Of a stretch of DNA of 64,000 bases, positions 49,501 to 63,358 are shown one piece after another (position 1 is the stretch's first letter; each line of letters starts with the position of its first letter). The notes below the pieces were generated by a model that was given only the letters and a program-made list of their open reading frames with translations, was not told where the DNA came from and searched no databases. Source of the stretch: Balanoglossus misakiensis (lineage: Eukaryota; Animalia; Hemichordata); the NCBI GenBank assembly GCA_040954595.2, contig CM082591.2, positions 458,518-522,517 of the forward strand, in the 5' to 3' direction. The translations under genes were made by a program, and so were the position numbers.

Positions 49501-51919
49501 CACTGACGACAGATTCTGAGCGAGTGATTTCGTCCGGAAGACATTTTTTCAGCGTGTCGCTTTGAAACTGAAATAAAAGAGACGATATTTCTCATATGTG
49601 GGTAGTGCTATAACTGAGCAAGACAGTAGGCCATCGAAACATCATGCTTGCTTTTGCGCCTAGGTTTAAAGGCCAATAAGGTCACCCAGAGGACAAAAAC
49701 CATGTTGCCATGGAAACATAAACAAAATGTAATGGAGGACCCATTGGTGTAGTTGTGCAAACATGGACTATTGTCAAGCACCTCACATAACACACTGGGT
49801 GACGGTCTGAGATAATTACAGTCTAGAGTACAATGCACAGTGGGGACTTTGTGTACATTGACTTCATTTAGGTTCAATGCTGATGGGGTTCACTGATTGC
49901 TTAGATTTCACAGCCTCTTATTTGCCATGTAAACTAAGGAGGGGTAGTATATTGACATCTGATTTGAAAATGAAAATGTTAGAATTTGCAACGACAAAAA
50001 ATTAACTATATTATCTTAGAATTTCAGCTGATTTGATTCACTCTGTTCTTGAAGCCACAGTAATCGGACACACACTTATAGTTCACCCTCTACCCAAACA
50101 AAAAAGCTTGTTGGCGGGCCGAGTATCGGATTAGAAGAGATCGGTATTGTTCCCAGGGAAAACAACTCTTGTGAGAAAACCCTCCGATGACAATACAATA
50201 AAGGTTTTGTATTGATCACCAATGTAGTGTGATTCTATGCTTTAGTCAATAAATACCAGATCAGATTCAACAAAATGCAGCAACAAATAAAAGAATGCAC
50301 AGTGCAGTTCACAGCATGCCTGGTAACAACATTTTCTCTACCCAGGGAACAAAGTAGGCCGAGATCTTTCAGACTTTTGTTCGCTTCTCACACTTCAAAT
50401 TCAATGTTGAAATGAAAAAAAGGTCTCATTTTTCTTTCCAAAACTACATTTGGTTGAAGGATTCCTTCCCAGAGTACAAACGTAGCAACTGTTGTTATTT
50501 ATCAAGCTATTTGGAATCAAGTAGGAACTATAAAAGACCGTAACAGCACTCTCATTTCTAAAGAACTTGACATTTTATGACAAAGCCGGTACTGAATTTG
50601 GCCAGGCCATTACAGACCACTGAGAAGGATGTGATGGCACATTCAAAGTGACAGATTTTATTTTCACCCCATTGTATTGAGAGGAGTGACACAATCTCCA
50701 TCAAATAGCCCTCAGCTTTGTTTGTACTGACATACAACATTGACTTCAGTATTTGCAAATGGGTCTTTAAATCAAACTAACTCCTATAGGGATACTGATA
50801 ATCAATCAATTTTCTATTGACAGATGAGTCACCTATCACACACAGTAAATTTTGTTTTCTGTTTAACTGTTAAAATATTTGTCAACAAGTTTTACCATAG
50901 ATACCATGGGTTTTAAATGTGGCAAAAAATGCCATTAAAACTTAAAGACACAAACTGCAACAGTACTCTCCTATTGTAATCCATTCAATGACTATGACTA
51001 TGTTCATTTCTTATATGTTCATTTCATTAATTGATTCTAAATACTGGTTCTTTTATTTACATTAACGGTTAGATATGGGCATGTCAATTCTCTCATTCAC
51101 AAAACATTTTCAATGAGTTTCCTTGTAACAATATCTAGAGGCAAAGAGTTTTTCATTCGGTCAATATTTTCACAACACACAAACCTTTTGTATTTCCCCA
51201 ACTCGCCTACTCGAGCGTTCCTATCATGTCCATTCCAGTTTGATATGACCATTCAATTTATTTTCTTATACTTAATATATACTATAGGTTTTTTATTTGA
51301 TTCGAGATGGTAGAAAATGCAAAATACTGCAGAAGATCACATTTTCCCAATGATCGCCTTCATGTTTAGTGTACATCGACCTGTAAGGCCCACAATGTTT
51401 ACTTGTGGTTCCGCTGCGTTGGCAAGCGTGGTTACCCAGTAATTCTGATCGGTCAACTAAACCAAATCGCTTCCACAAATTCCCATGATCGACAGAATTG
51501 AGAAGACGGACATTGTGACGTTGTATGGGCCATCAAGAATGACTGGGTTGTAATGCTGGCCCGATCCAGACACCGGTCAACATAGAGTTCAAGTTGATCG
51601 ACCGAGCGGATTTCATGTGTATGTAGCAACCGAACTACGAACGAGAATTTTTTACTATCAAGTGTTTGAAGAGGGATTAGCGATGAAACTGGTACTTGTA
51701 CTTACCCCAATCGCTCTAGACAGACAGCTGAAATAAACAGAGAAAAGGTTATTTACGTGGCGTGGAAGAAATCATTCATAATTCCCCCAAAATTGACAAT
51801 GTTTTGGTTTGAAATCGAGCAAAAATCAATCAACCGTGCACCGGTTGTTTGAAAATCGGTTGTTACCTTAGCTCTTCCCACGTGTAAACACGACGATCTT
51901 TTGGGTATTTCAGATGCAT
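40503..51919 (-). CDS. Uncharacterised protein with a degenerate calmodulin-like EF-hand pair and a long low-complexity K/S/E-rich C-terminus; ~848 aa, 14 exons
   Basis: Minus-strand exons, all GT-AG and phase-consistent: 51919-51867, 51727-51706, 49567-49496, 49070-48940, 48824-48722, 48609-48494, 48177-48099, 47888-47727, 46598-46419, 45503-45369, 44340-44262, 44151-43853, 42293-42180, 41504-40503 (2547 nt). EF-like part: ELNDVRIAYQAYEAGDMKGMLIDKQTLLRTLKMSG...FDEKGRIQLYEFMDLL. The start codon and first two exons are least certain. Confidence 0.8.
45945..46348. mobile_element. ~404-bp non-autonomous DNA transposon (hAT- or P-like MITE) in an intron of the EF-hand gene
   Basis: TIRs cagtgttcgaaat / atttcgtacactg (12/13); flanking direct repeat gtattaa (45938-45944 and 46349-46355); subterminal accagtc/ggactgg repeats at both ends. 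Confidence 0.8.
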
Positions 51920-54900
51920 AATTTGAAACTAAGGGAAATAATTATCCGCCTGCAAATTTGACGACCATGATTTCGCAATATTTACTTGAAGTAGACGACG
52001 CTAAAGTATCTTCTGCTATCTTCCGTAAACACGGAAGTTCCCATACATCGAAGAAACCATTTGTCCTAGGGAGTGGGCAATGTAAAATAGATGGAGGGGC
52101 AGCGTCGCATCAAATTAAAACTTATCTGCTTAGGAGAGGTGCCGTTTATTGTAAATGACAATTATTGGCCAAGTTTCGAATTAATATGCAAGTTGACCTG
52201 TCGTACAATCTTAAAAATAAACACATCTTGTCGAGATGTGCCCGCGGCCCACTAAAACCTCTCCTTTCGAAAGATGTTGGCCAGTCCAAATGTTATTGTT
52301 TTAAGTTTTTACAAGTTATTGTCATGCAAATCATTCATGCAGATTTGGGGGTTTTCCCAATTTTTTGCTGAATCATCTCAATTTTTCATATGGCATCCTT
52401 CATACTGTGCAGGATAATGTCCTTATTGAAATAAAGATTAAATTTGTCTCAAATATGTTTATACAGATTTTAAACAGCAAATTTTCAAACATTGTCAGTG
52501 ACAATGAACGAGAAAAATATCATTTTTCTGCAAGCGCTCCTTTTAAGAAAAATATATTTTTTGTTAGTGGGCAAAGTGAAAGCACGCGAGTTTATCCATG
52601 TACACACCCAATATAGATTTGAACCACCCCTAGACTTTGTATGATTTCAGCATTGTAACAAGTGGACACACTCCAAGCTCGATAACATGTTTATCCTAAC
52701 TTTGCACAGTATATACGCTAGTAGAAACTAGTTGTAAGACAGTCATTATTATTTTCTACTTTCATAACAAGAATTTAATGGAAGAAGATTGTGATAACAC
52801 TTTAACCAGTTAAATAATTGCTAATACATATTGTCGATACCTCAAGCAACAAAGGATAGAAGAGCCAATATAGAACCACCAATCAAAACAGTCGTTGTTG
52901 GCTAATGGCGAAGTTTCTTATCAATGGCTTTCATTGGATTACAACATTGCCATCGTCAAGGAGCCAGTGACGCTCTGAAATTTACATCCACGTCAAAACA
53001 TTGACATGCTAATGTCCATTGCTCCATCGAATGTACTAGAAACGCCCGCCCCAACTCTTTATATGGATAATTTGCTGCCTTTTATGGCGATCAGGGATTC
53101 CCTGACCTGTAGATGACTTACTACGTGAAATACGTGCAGCTTTTCAAACTAGTCGAACCGGTTAGAAGCAGCGACAGTCATGTCGTATATGCAAATTAAC
53201 AGAGACTATAAATATAAGCGACAACCGTGATTCATTCATAAAGTCGAGGGATTGAGAAGACAGAAGAGTTGTGAGAGAAGAAAAAGGAAGAGAGGGAGAG
53301 ACGATCACGGAGGCGACAGAAGAGAAGACAGCTCGGCCCGGCCTGCCGCCGCGTGGAATATATTTTCTCTCGCTCCCTGTTGGAGAATACGAGCAACGGA
53401 TATTGTAAACGCCGAATGCTTGTTTCGCCATAGCTGGTGGGCTAGAGAAATCGTACAACCGGACACTATATGAACCCTGCGACTGATGACAGACGCGGAA
53501 ATGATTGTTTACATCTCTCGTGGTAAACAGTTGCGTGAAAAGAAACGCTGGTGTAACGCCGGACAGTTACATTTTTACAGGAAAGAAACAAATGGTTCGA
53601 GTCTGAAATCGACATGTCGATCTGTGATGAGATCTGATGGAGGATTCAGACATAACCGCGAAATATTTTTGACAGCGGCCTTGGAAACTTCCGCTGGGTC
53701 ACCGGTCAGACCTTGCGGCACTCGGGTGTCTCGGTACGGTGGACTTATGCGAGTGTACGCCGGGCATAGCACGTCGGCGAGCTGTCTTGGTAGTAATGGA
53801 CTTTACGAAAAAGTGTGAGCTCATGATATGAGGAGACAAGTTACAGAACAGGAGGGAAGCTGCTGCCTCATTGCACAGCAGTGCTTTTTTCGAGGGATGT
53901 TGTGCGTGCGACAGCGACTTCCGTCCTTCTGCAAAACACACTTCCCCCTGAGTTTATACGACAACGTAAAGTCTATATGCTACACAATAAAGAAAATACA
54001 CTGAATAAAATTTCCCTGCATTGCCGCATTGCTACAAGTACAATCTGTTTTTTTGCTTTTCCAAATTCTGATCCCCCACCAGCTAGGTAATTAGAGTCAT
54101 GAAACTTGGCATGAACTAATTTGTCTCTGGAAAAATAACAAAAATAGTAAACACCGCTGTACAGCACTGTTTTCGTGTAGTGTTGTTCTAATATCAGGGC
54201 AGTTTCGCGTAAATCATTATGGATTGACGTCATCCATGAACTAGTTTTCACCCTTTACAGTCTATATTATATGCAGTGTCTACGCGACGCACTGCACGCA
54301 TACATTGACCCAATTCTAATGCGTTGTAAATATTTTCAGACGAACAAAATGCGACGCTATATCCTCAATGAAATTCTTTACATGTCAGTTCCCATGTAAC
54401 TTTCAGTATGTAACCCATACAGTACAGTGACGCAATTACGTTTAACGTAAAATAATACAAGAAAGTCCATATTTAGCTCTGAAATAATATACTGAAGCCA
54501 ACTGTATAATATATGCCACCGGGGCCAAGGCTACGTAAGGTCACAGCCCAGCTAGTATCGTCCTACAAATGGTGTCATACTCATAGGCATAACAATGTAT
54601 GTCTGCCGACGAAACGCCTGCTGTGTAGGCCTACGAGAAGGCAAATATATAACGAGAACCCAGGGCCTAGTTTTGTCAAATGAAAACCGAACTATTTTGT
54701 TGCCTGTCCCTTGTTTATGATGTCGTTGATACTAATTCGATTTCATGACACAAACCCTTCACAACAAGGCCCCCGTATATAACTTTACTTCCAATGGACG
54801 TACGTACTAAATTACACACTGATATACATTGGGAGGTTGATCACAGAGGTACTGATATTAACATCTTTCATCAATAACTGCAAAACAAACTAATGATTAA

Positions 54901-57690
54901 TTTACTTGATTTGATGCCATATATAATTTAAAGATAAAAAATCCAGTCTGTCATAAGATTTTTGCAGTGGAGATGAAAATGCATCTCATCTCCGATTTTT
55001 CCGTCGGTTTCAGGTGTAGTATGTGTATACCAGGCTGGTTTAAAATCTGGATTTTGTTCAGATCAATTCTGGATTTTTTTGTTGGAGAAGGGAGATACAC
55101 TGTAATACATGTATAATACATGTATTGGTTTGCTGAAAACCATGGACTCCCCTCTTTCAAATTGCTACTACCATCGTATGTTATAAAATATTATAAGCTT
55201 TCTTGTGGGTTGGTATAAACGCATAAGTTCACAAATGCATTCTTATCAGTTTGGTCAATGGTCGGTAGATTTTAGGGCCGATAAACTAGAGTGACCGTAA
55301 CCCAGAACTCTGGCCAGTGACCGAATTTGGTTTGGTTGCAAATTCGGTGAAGCATAATAAATCTAAATCTACAATAGGCCTATAGCACGAATGTTGATGA
55401 AATTCTATAGTAGCATACGAATCCAGACTTAGGCCTACAATTTATAATGAAGACATTTGATATAATTTTTCAGCACACAAGCATATCGATCTAAAACCAT
55501 GATTTTAAAACGTAACACATCAGGCTGCAATGATTAAGATATTTGACACCGGTAGAATATTCATTCATCTATACCTGTCCAGCATATTCGTTACCAATTC
55601 ACGGTGTTGATTTGTCAGATTTTGGACTTGAAAACAAAACGAAAAAAATGTTTGCAGCGTCTTGTGTGATTCTAAATGTTTATGTCTGAAGAAATCATTT
55701 GATTATGCCTGCATATCATGCCTGCGTATCATTTCCATTGCATTGCATGCATCGCTTGCAATTGTTAGGTTTACGCCCATGAAACACAGGAGGACTGAGT
55801 GAAAACTAAGTCAGACAGAACTGGGTAATTCGGTCACAGGAACTTTTGACCCCGCTTGTGAATTAATATGTACCCTCATCATATGATGTGTGACCTGCAT
55901 TGTACAAACAAATATGTGTTTCAGTGTGTGAGTCTTTCTAAAACACACTAGGTATGGAGACCAGACTACCAGGTCTGTAGATCAGTACCCGATCAGTATT
56001 TCTATAAGTTTCACCAAAATCAAGGCAGTCACTGGAAATTAGTGAAATTTATATTAGCATTCAAATAAACATGATAACGATATAGGGCTCTCATAGACTC
56101 AATACACTGTGAAATATATGTCACACTTCATGAAAGTAGTCCCGGACGGGACTACGCACTACGTCGTGACCGGAACACTTCGAACAGCTGGTACACCATT
56201 TTCAGTATGAATATCAATCTGGTCGCATGGGGGCGCTTTAGCACATACAGAACGCATGTCCATGTGCGTGGTTTGGAATCACTACGATTTTGTAACATTT
56301 TACAATACGAAGGCATTGTGTACCTTGGGAGGGAGAACACACCACAAATTTGTTTCCAAGCAATTGCTAGTCTTTACTAGCGAGAAAGAGAAACCTTTGA
56401 TTTGAGGTTGAAATCTCTTTATTTGATCTTAAAATCTTGACGCGATGTTGACAGTTTTGCCGGGTACAACGATCTTCCATTTTACTTATGTACACAACAA
56501 GACGTGTTTGTTTCTATGTTGTCAATGTTTTATTTACATATGATTGTATTCGACAAAAAGTGTCATTCACAGAAGGCTGAAACTACAAAAGAAAACATCA
56601 AAATGCATTCAATAAAAATGTTGTGCAAAATATTACAAACATCTTGAAACATTTTTGGCATACTTCTATACAAAATTTACAAAGATTGTGCATTAAAAGT
56701 GATTGTGTTGTGTTTTTGTCATATCTGAGGTACAGCTGTAAGCAAGATGATAGTCATTAAGGTGCAAAAAAAAACGTTGTGGATTTAAGTCCTAATTAAC
56801 ATATCACTTATTATAAAATAATAAACACTGCTTTCAATATTTTAGAAATAAAATTTTACTTTCAGCTGTAAGGTTTTGTAGTTAATGGCTGTCATGTGAT
56901 AATTTTAAGCAAGATAAGGGCTCAGACTTACATCACCATTGTATAGTCTAGCAAACCATTACTGTCAGTGAAGAATTGGCTGTCCTTATAAAGGTATAAA
57001 ACATATGAAAGCTACAGTACAAATAATAATTTCTAAAAAACAAACAAATTTGATGTATTTACATTTCAGTAAGTTTCCTGATTGTATGGTCCAATGTTTG
57101 CACAAAGTAGTACTTTTTGATGGAGAGTAGACGAAATCCTCCCTTTTATTTACGTGATAATACCTTTTTGACGGATATATACAAATGAATCTATAAGCAC
57201 AAGAAATTCATTTTCATTATTAGTGGACGGAAATACAATCAACAATGCCTCACATCAACACGGCTGTAAATTAAAATGGGAGACTTCCGTTTGAGCCAAG
57301 CTTCCTCAGTTTTTTACAATGCTTCAGTTCAACCGAGACATGGATTGGACTTCAGTGTGGTAGCAAAAGAACTAAGAAATACATAATTATGCCTTTGTGC
57401 AAACGTAAAATTTTAATATCTTTGAAATGCCTCACTCAAAAATATGTACAGTTCCAGTGTAGAGCAGGTAAAAATTGCACAAAAACTAACAATGATAAAA
57501 AAATTCACTAATCCAAATCTTATTCATGATTTCACCTATTTCTCATACTTAGATATAAATCTTACAATCTCTAAAAACTACTGTACTGTATTTTGTAAAT
57601 TATATTGTGTTATTGGTGGAATGTGGTCACTTGCTCTCAGTATTTGTGTCTGATGTTGCCATGGCCACCAGATTGATTAGTGCACCATGG

Positions 57691-60600
57691 TTACCAGGAT
57701 GATATGACAGGTGGTCTGGGCATAGGTGGCTGGAATGTCACATGGTGCTGGGCACTGATTTTGTTGACGGTTGCGTACTTCTGTTGGTGTGGGGACATGA
57801 AAGGGCTTGGCTCAGCACTTACATGGATTCTGGTGTTATCGCGCTGTAAGACAATAAAAATGAAACCTCTTATCAAAATATAGAAATATTCAATTCATTC
57901 TCAAGTGTATCATGAATGTCACAACTTATCTGTATTTGGACAAAGTGTACTACCGGTAATCATAATTGATCAGTTCAATCATTTAAAACTAACATCACTT
58001 GTGATGGACTTATCAAAAGATTCAATTGGACTATTAAACAATCAGCCTATTCTATGTCTTCTTGTTTAACTGGACACTTAGTTTGCATTCACATGCAATG
58101 TTCAATTTGTATAAAAGCAAAAGACATGCAGTTGGAGGGACTTTACTTTAACTGTCCCATCAACATCACACAACAGTTTAACACCTATAGACACCAAACT
58201 TTATTAGAACCTTAACTCTCCGCAAATTACTCCTGAAATGGAATCACCCATGTTTAGAGACCTGGAAGGTCAGAATACGGACACAAAAATGGGGGAAGCA
58301 AGGTGAAAGGAGAGATGGTTGGTTAGTAAAACATGGAATATATGGGGGCTGCATGTTTCTGGCTGAAATGAAGCACATGTAAATGTTAGAAGCAGTGGCT
58401 ACCTGTGGCTAACAAACGAGTTTTTCAGATTGGAAGATAAAAAACTGATTCATTTTGCTGGTATTAACATACCAGTACCAAATAATTAGCTTTAATCTAA
58501 TGATCAGATGGGGCAATTTCCAGATCATATCCATTCACTCCTTGCAAAAATACCGGTAATGTGCAAGCCATGTGATGCAGAAATTCTCAAATAATGGAAG
58601 ATGAAAAATACACACATGATTGCAACGACTCAAAATTATCATTCCTTAATCCTCATAACTTCTGAAATGCATAAAAGCAAAAGAGCTTTGTAAAAAGCAT
58701 GAAAATCCAAACTGCTAAACCCAGTTTCCCAGTCACCATTACAATGCAGTAAAATACCATCAACATGCATTGCCAGATTATAAACTAGAAACTGCATAAA
58801 CTCCATGTCATGTTATTTGCAGCTACTTAATACACCTCAGCCCATTAAACCTGTTCACCCCCATGCTCCATCTACAGTGAACAAGGCGTTTTATATTTTG
58901 GTTGTTTGGAAGAGACCACATCAGGGAGAGAGGGGTGAACAGGTTGACATATCTTGCCAGCACACGGATATCAGATTCCAAACGTACCTCACTGTGAGTG
59001 TGTGGAACCATGGGAATAACACAGGAACAAAAAAAACATACACACTTGGATTAGACAACGGAAAGATTGGACCAGGAAAGGAATTCTAAACACAGTAGCG
59101 GGAAACACATTCAGAATTAAAGAAAAAATAACAGGAGAGCACAAACCTTTCAGAAAGTAAAGCATTATTTTTATATGACAACTTTGGTGAAATTTCAGCA
59201 GACATGAAAACTTTTTGAGCTCATGTGTTTCATGCACTCGATTCTAACACAAGATTGTTTACATGGTGGCCATGTATAAATGTGTGCCACCACATGGTCA
59301 TTTGAAGGCTAAGACTTGCCCTTTTTACCATTTAACTAAGAGGTGACTGCAATCTTTTTCTTATAAAGGTACTAACCGTCATCTTTGCTGAAGATCTCCT
59401 GAGTGGTGCCGATCCAAGCCTTGTGCCTCCAGCACCAGAACCAGCATACAGTTCACCTAAGGAAAAAAAGTAAATAAGACATTAACAGCAGTGTATGCGA
59501 AAAGTACATTAGTCTTATTGTCATGAAATAGGTTGTCACATGGGTGGTTTAAAACTTCAAGTATGGGAGAAGTATCTTAGTTAATACAAAGTACATGTGA
59601 CACCTCTTGCCATAGGTACTCACCTGGGCGGGGTAGAACATCTGGCACGGGTTTTGAATTTTGGCTGCGTGTTTGCCTGCAGTAACTACTGTTATCGTTT
59701 CCACCAGATTTCACCCTTGGAGCGCCGATGGATGGGTGGGGTTTGTCCCCCGGGGAGAGGCCATGAGGATGTTTGGCTGCTGCCAACAGAGGTTGCTCTT
59801 CTTTCTCACTGTGATGTGAAAATAATTTTCAGAGTTAGAAATTATAGTCAAATATTAACTGTAAAATAATGTTCACGAGGAGAACAGCTGTTTTAATAAA
59901 ATTTGTTTAGAGAGCCTTTAGCTATAACTTTTGGCTACAATTTTCAGCATTTGTGTCTTGAGTATTATATGCAGTTTCTGCTTTTTTAACTCTAAAGCAT
60001 GTACACTAACAGTTTATGGTTCAACAAAACATTGAGGCAATCAAGATCTGCAGGTGGTGCAGAGAATTTAATGGTAACAAACTTGTTGAAAGTTACAGAT
60101 AAACGAACCTCAGACATTATTTTGTCTATTAACACAGTCTGTTAACACAGCATGTACACAACTTGTGAAGCACAAATTGTTATTATTTTAAACTGGATTC
60201 AAACTTGAGATTAAGAGTTGAATTAAGTGTGCACACACTCTTTCAGATTTGCAAAAAAACGGGAATGCTGGGGAAACACTTTAGGTACAAAATTGGAAAC
60301 AATATTCTTGGCAAATGAAGTCATTGCCATTACAAATTATAAAGTGCACAATTCTGTCTGCAGATGTGAGAGTGAATTATTGCATTAAATTCTGGTTGTA
60401 TTATTATTATGATTATCGACAATTCACAGCACAAACACAACAACCTTCACCAAACAACACATACTTATCGTACTGATGAGACAAGACAAGATTTCTTCCT
60501 TACACATTGCTGGATTCACATAATAATTGACAGACACCATGGACATGCATATAATAATATTATCTTGCTGCAGGAACCCTGTCCAACCCATTAATACCAT

Positions 60601-62650
60601 CAGCTTATAAGTTATATTTTTGCTTGAAACCATGCAGAACCAAGTTTCTACATATGGAGTTAACATGGTGATACTGCTCAGAAGGTTCAGTTCAACCTTC
60701 TAGAATACTGAGGCATGCGTCAAAATCATTACTTTCATCTATTTTATTATTCTTCACAGAGTGATCATTAACTTTTCCTTCCTTTCCTTCTTGCCAATTC
60801 TTCAATCACTGTAGTGTCACATAAATTGAGTTCAGCAATGAGATAAAAATTTAGTTATGAGAATTTAATTGCAAATGATAACACCAAGTTTGGCAGTGGC
60901 AGAGACCAACAAAAGTGATTTCTAGTTTGCAATTACAGCCATGATTTCATACAAATGATAAAGAATTAATTCTGATTACCAGTCAAGTAAAGGAAGATTT
61001 TACATGTGGTATTTCAATACATATCACGTGATTGATTCTAATAGTTTTAAGAGCTGTAATTCAGTTTGTAACACTTGACAAAAACACATAACATCTCCCC
61101 TTTGATTACAATTGAACTATTTGAAGTTTTCTATTGTGCCAGATATGACCTCCTTGAAGAATCAAACTTGGGTTTGGAAGATTCAAATTTGTATGAAGAT
61201 TCACAATTCATATCATTCACATTCTGTTTATCATTGCAGGCAATTTTTTACTCATTATATACTTTCATGGTTGGAACACGACTAAACATGACATAGTTTC
61301 TTCTTCTTTGAGTTTGTGGTTGAAGCTTGATGTTGTCACCACTGAAATGAAAGGAAGTTGTTGCAAAACCTTTTGTTGGACAATATTTTCAACTCCTTCA
61401 AATTTCAACCGTGCAGAAACAACACTTGTGAACAGAGCCAAACGTGACAAGTTCCAAATCAGAGTGTCCTCTAGAGGAAAGACTCACACAGATCCCTTAC
61501 ACCAAAGACAATACACTGAAGTAGCCAAAAGAAGAAAGTAAAAAAACACGTAAGGAAGTCTTTTGATACTAAACAAGAACACAAACACACAAATAAACAA
61601 ACAAATATAATGAACAAGTAGGAAAGAGATCATTTTAATAGCACTGCACATAGTCATCACTTGAGAACACCGATTACACTGGTAGAAAAATCACACATTC
61701 CTAACATTAACCCTTTCACCATCATTGTTTGTTCCAACTCCATTGTTCTCTCTGTACGCAGAAATGAGGGTGAAAGGATTAAGGCTTCTTAAATATTCAG
61801 GACAAGATACAAACAAATTAATCTGCCACTCACATTCTGAGAGCAGTGCTTGGTTTTCCATCAACTTCAACCATGACCTCAGGGTTTGGATTGCTCTCCC
61901 CAGTATCGCTGCTGTCATCGCTGCGTGCATCGAATGAAATTGCGTTCTTTGTAAATCGATGTGCCGCAGTCGTCCATGCTATGGCCTGTGAAAGAACAAA
62001 ATTCATACCTTTTAAAAAATTTAACAGAAATTCATATGATCCATCGTCTTCACTAGTTTAATGTCCAATCACAAACTATGTTTGATTCTTATGTCTGTGA
62101 GGTTGTTGGAATTCTTGTTTAAGTTTTAACTTTGAAGTCATGAAACTTAAACTGTGATTTTGGGGTGTACAAAGGCAAAAATAATGGAAGATGGATGGGG
62201 AGGATATTTGCCACAGAGGAAGGTATCTGTCAAAAGGGATTTTACCTGCCCTGTGGGTTTACACAAGATTGTAGTACACTCCGGTCCTGTCCCCCACTTG
62301 TGTTGTTCTTTCCACAGAAAATCCGTGGGTGGATTGTGTTGTCCCATTCCAGCTGCAGCCCACACCTGTCAAATCCAAAATTAAAGTTTCAGGTTGTTGA
62401 TCATCGATGCATTTAGCTGTTATTGAACTATTTTTAGAGAGCAAACATTAAAGAGGCATTTACCGTCACAGTTGATCCTGCCCGGAACCTTGTCCTTGGA
62501 GGGAATCTGTATACAGCCACCGGATGGCCTCCGACGTTCTGTTGAATCATGTACCCTCCGAACTCCTCATCATGGTTGGCCGAGGAGTTGAACAAACGGA
62601 CGAATTTGCCATCCCCATTTACTTCCAGAATCTTGATGGGTCCGGTTGAA
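57691..62650 (-). CDS. LMNTD1: Lamin tail domain-containing protein (LMNTD1/LMNTD2-like), 3' part; upstream exons not identified in the window
   Basis: Minus-strand exons 62650-62464, 62365-62246, 61985-61834, 59808-59624, 59456-59377, 57843-57691, phase-consistent. [23 protein letters not shown]...[37 protein letters not shown]...[35 protein letters not shown] is a typical lamin-tail domain. There is no C-terminal CaaX, so it is not a lamin. LMNTD1 vs LMNTD2 cannot be resolved. Confidence 0.88.
61707..61782. mobile_element. Tiny TTAA-flanked piggyBac-like MITE, same family as 36330-36422 in opposite orientation
   Basis: ttaaccctttcacc...gggtgaaaggattaa; the first ~35 bp align with the reverse complement of the 36330 element. 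Confidence 0.6.
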
Positions 62651-63149
62651 CTACAGGGGGAAAGAAACTTATCGTGAATCTCCTCAGTATTTCAAAACAG
62701 TGTTATTTTATATTTGAAAAGTGTGTTCGATATATTTACAGAACTTTAATAATTACAGGTATGTTGTGAAATGCATGGTATTTGGATGAATCTGAGAGAA
62801 GTTTGAATTCAGTTTTTAAAGAACAAATGTTCAGGCCTCTAGTTTTTCAAGGGTTATAATAGTTATTAAATCCTTGTGTCCACTGCAGTTATGTCTACTC
62901 TGTGTTGAACAGGTTCATATCCATTATAGACCCTCACGTGTCATTATATTGCTCTCGGAACACCATGTTGTTTCTTGTTAACTTTTGAAGATTTCAAAAT
63001 AGAGCATAACCATAGGAACAGAAAAGGCACTTGATATTGTATATAGTGCAAAAAGAAGGTGCTTTATTGTGAGAATGACAATCATACAAATATGATCAAA
63101 TATCTTAATATATACATAAACAAACCAAATTTTTCTTAATATTTTATCA

Positions 63150-63358
63150 AAAATGCCTCACACATCTATATCACACTGTGGTGGAAAATATTTGCACTTA
63201 AAAATATCTAATAAAATAAAATTATGAGAGCTTTATATACACAGAAAAAACAACTAAATGTTTCATAACTGAAGGAACTGAATCTTTAATGAAAAAAATG
63301 CCTCACACTTTTGTATCAGATGCATGTACTGTGGTAGAAAATATTTGCACTTAAAATA
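63150..63358. repeat. Two-copy local duplication (~60-bp core)
   Basis: aaaatgcctcacac...actgtggt(g/a)gaaaatatttgcacttaaaa at ~63150 and ~63295. Confidence 0.75.

Noticed and set aside
55291-55838. Degenerate inverted repeats (gtgaccg..acccag / ctgggt..cggtcac), possibly transposon ends
   Set aside because: Match is short and gapped, and I found no target-site duplication
57691-62650. Possibility that the lamin-tail gene is a true nuclear lamin
   Set aside because: No C-terminal CaaX (ends PPVISSW), and the tail-domain sequence ([25 protein letters not shown]) fits LMNTD proteins
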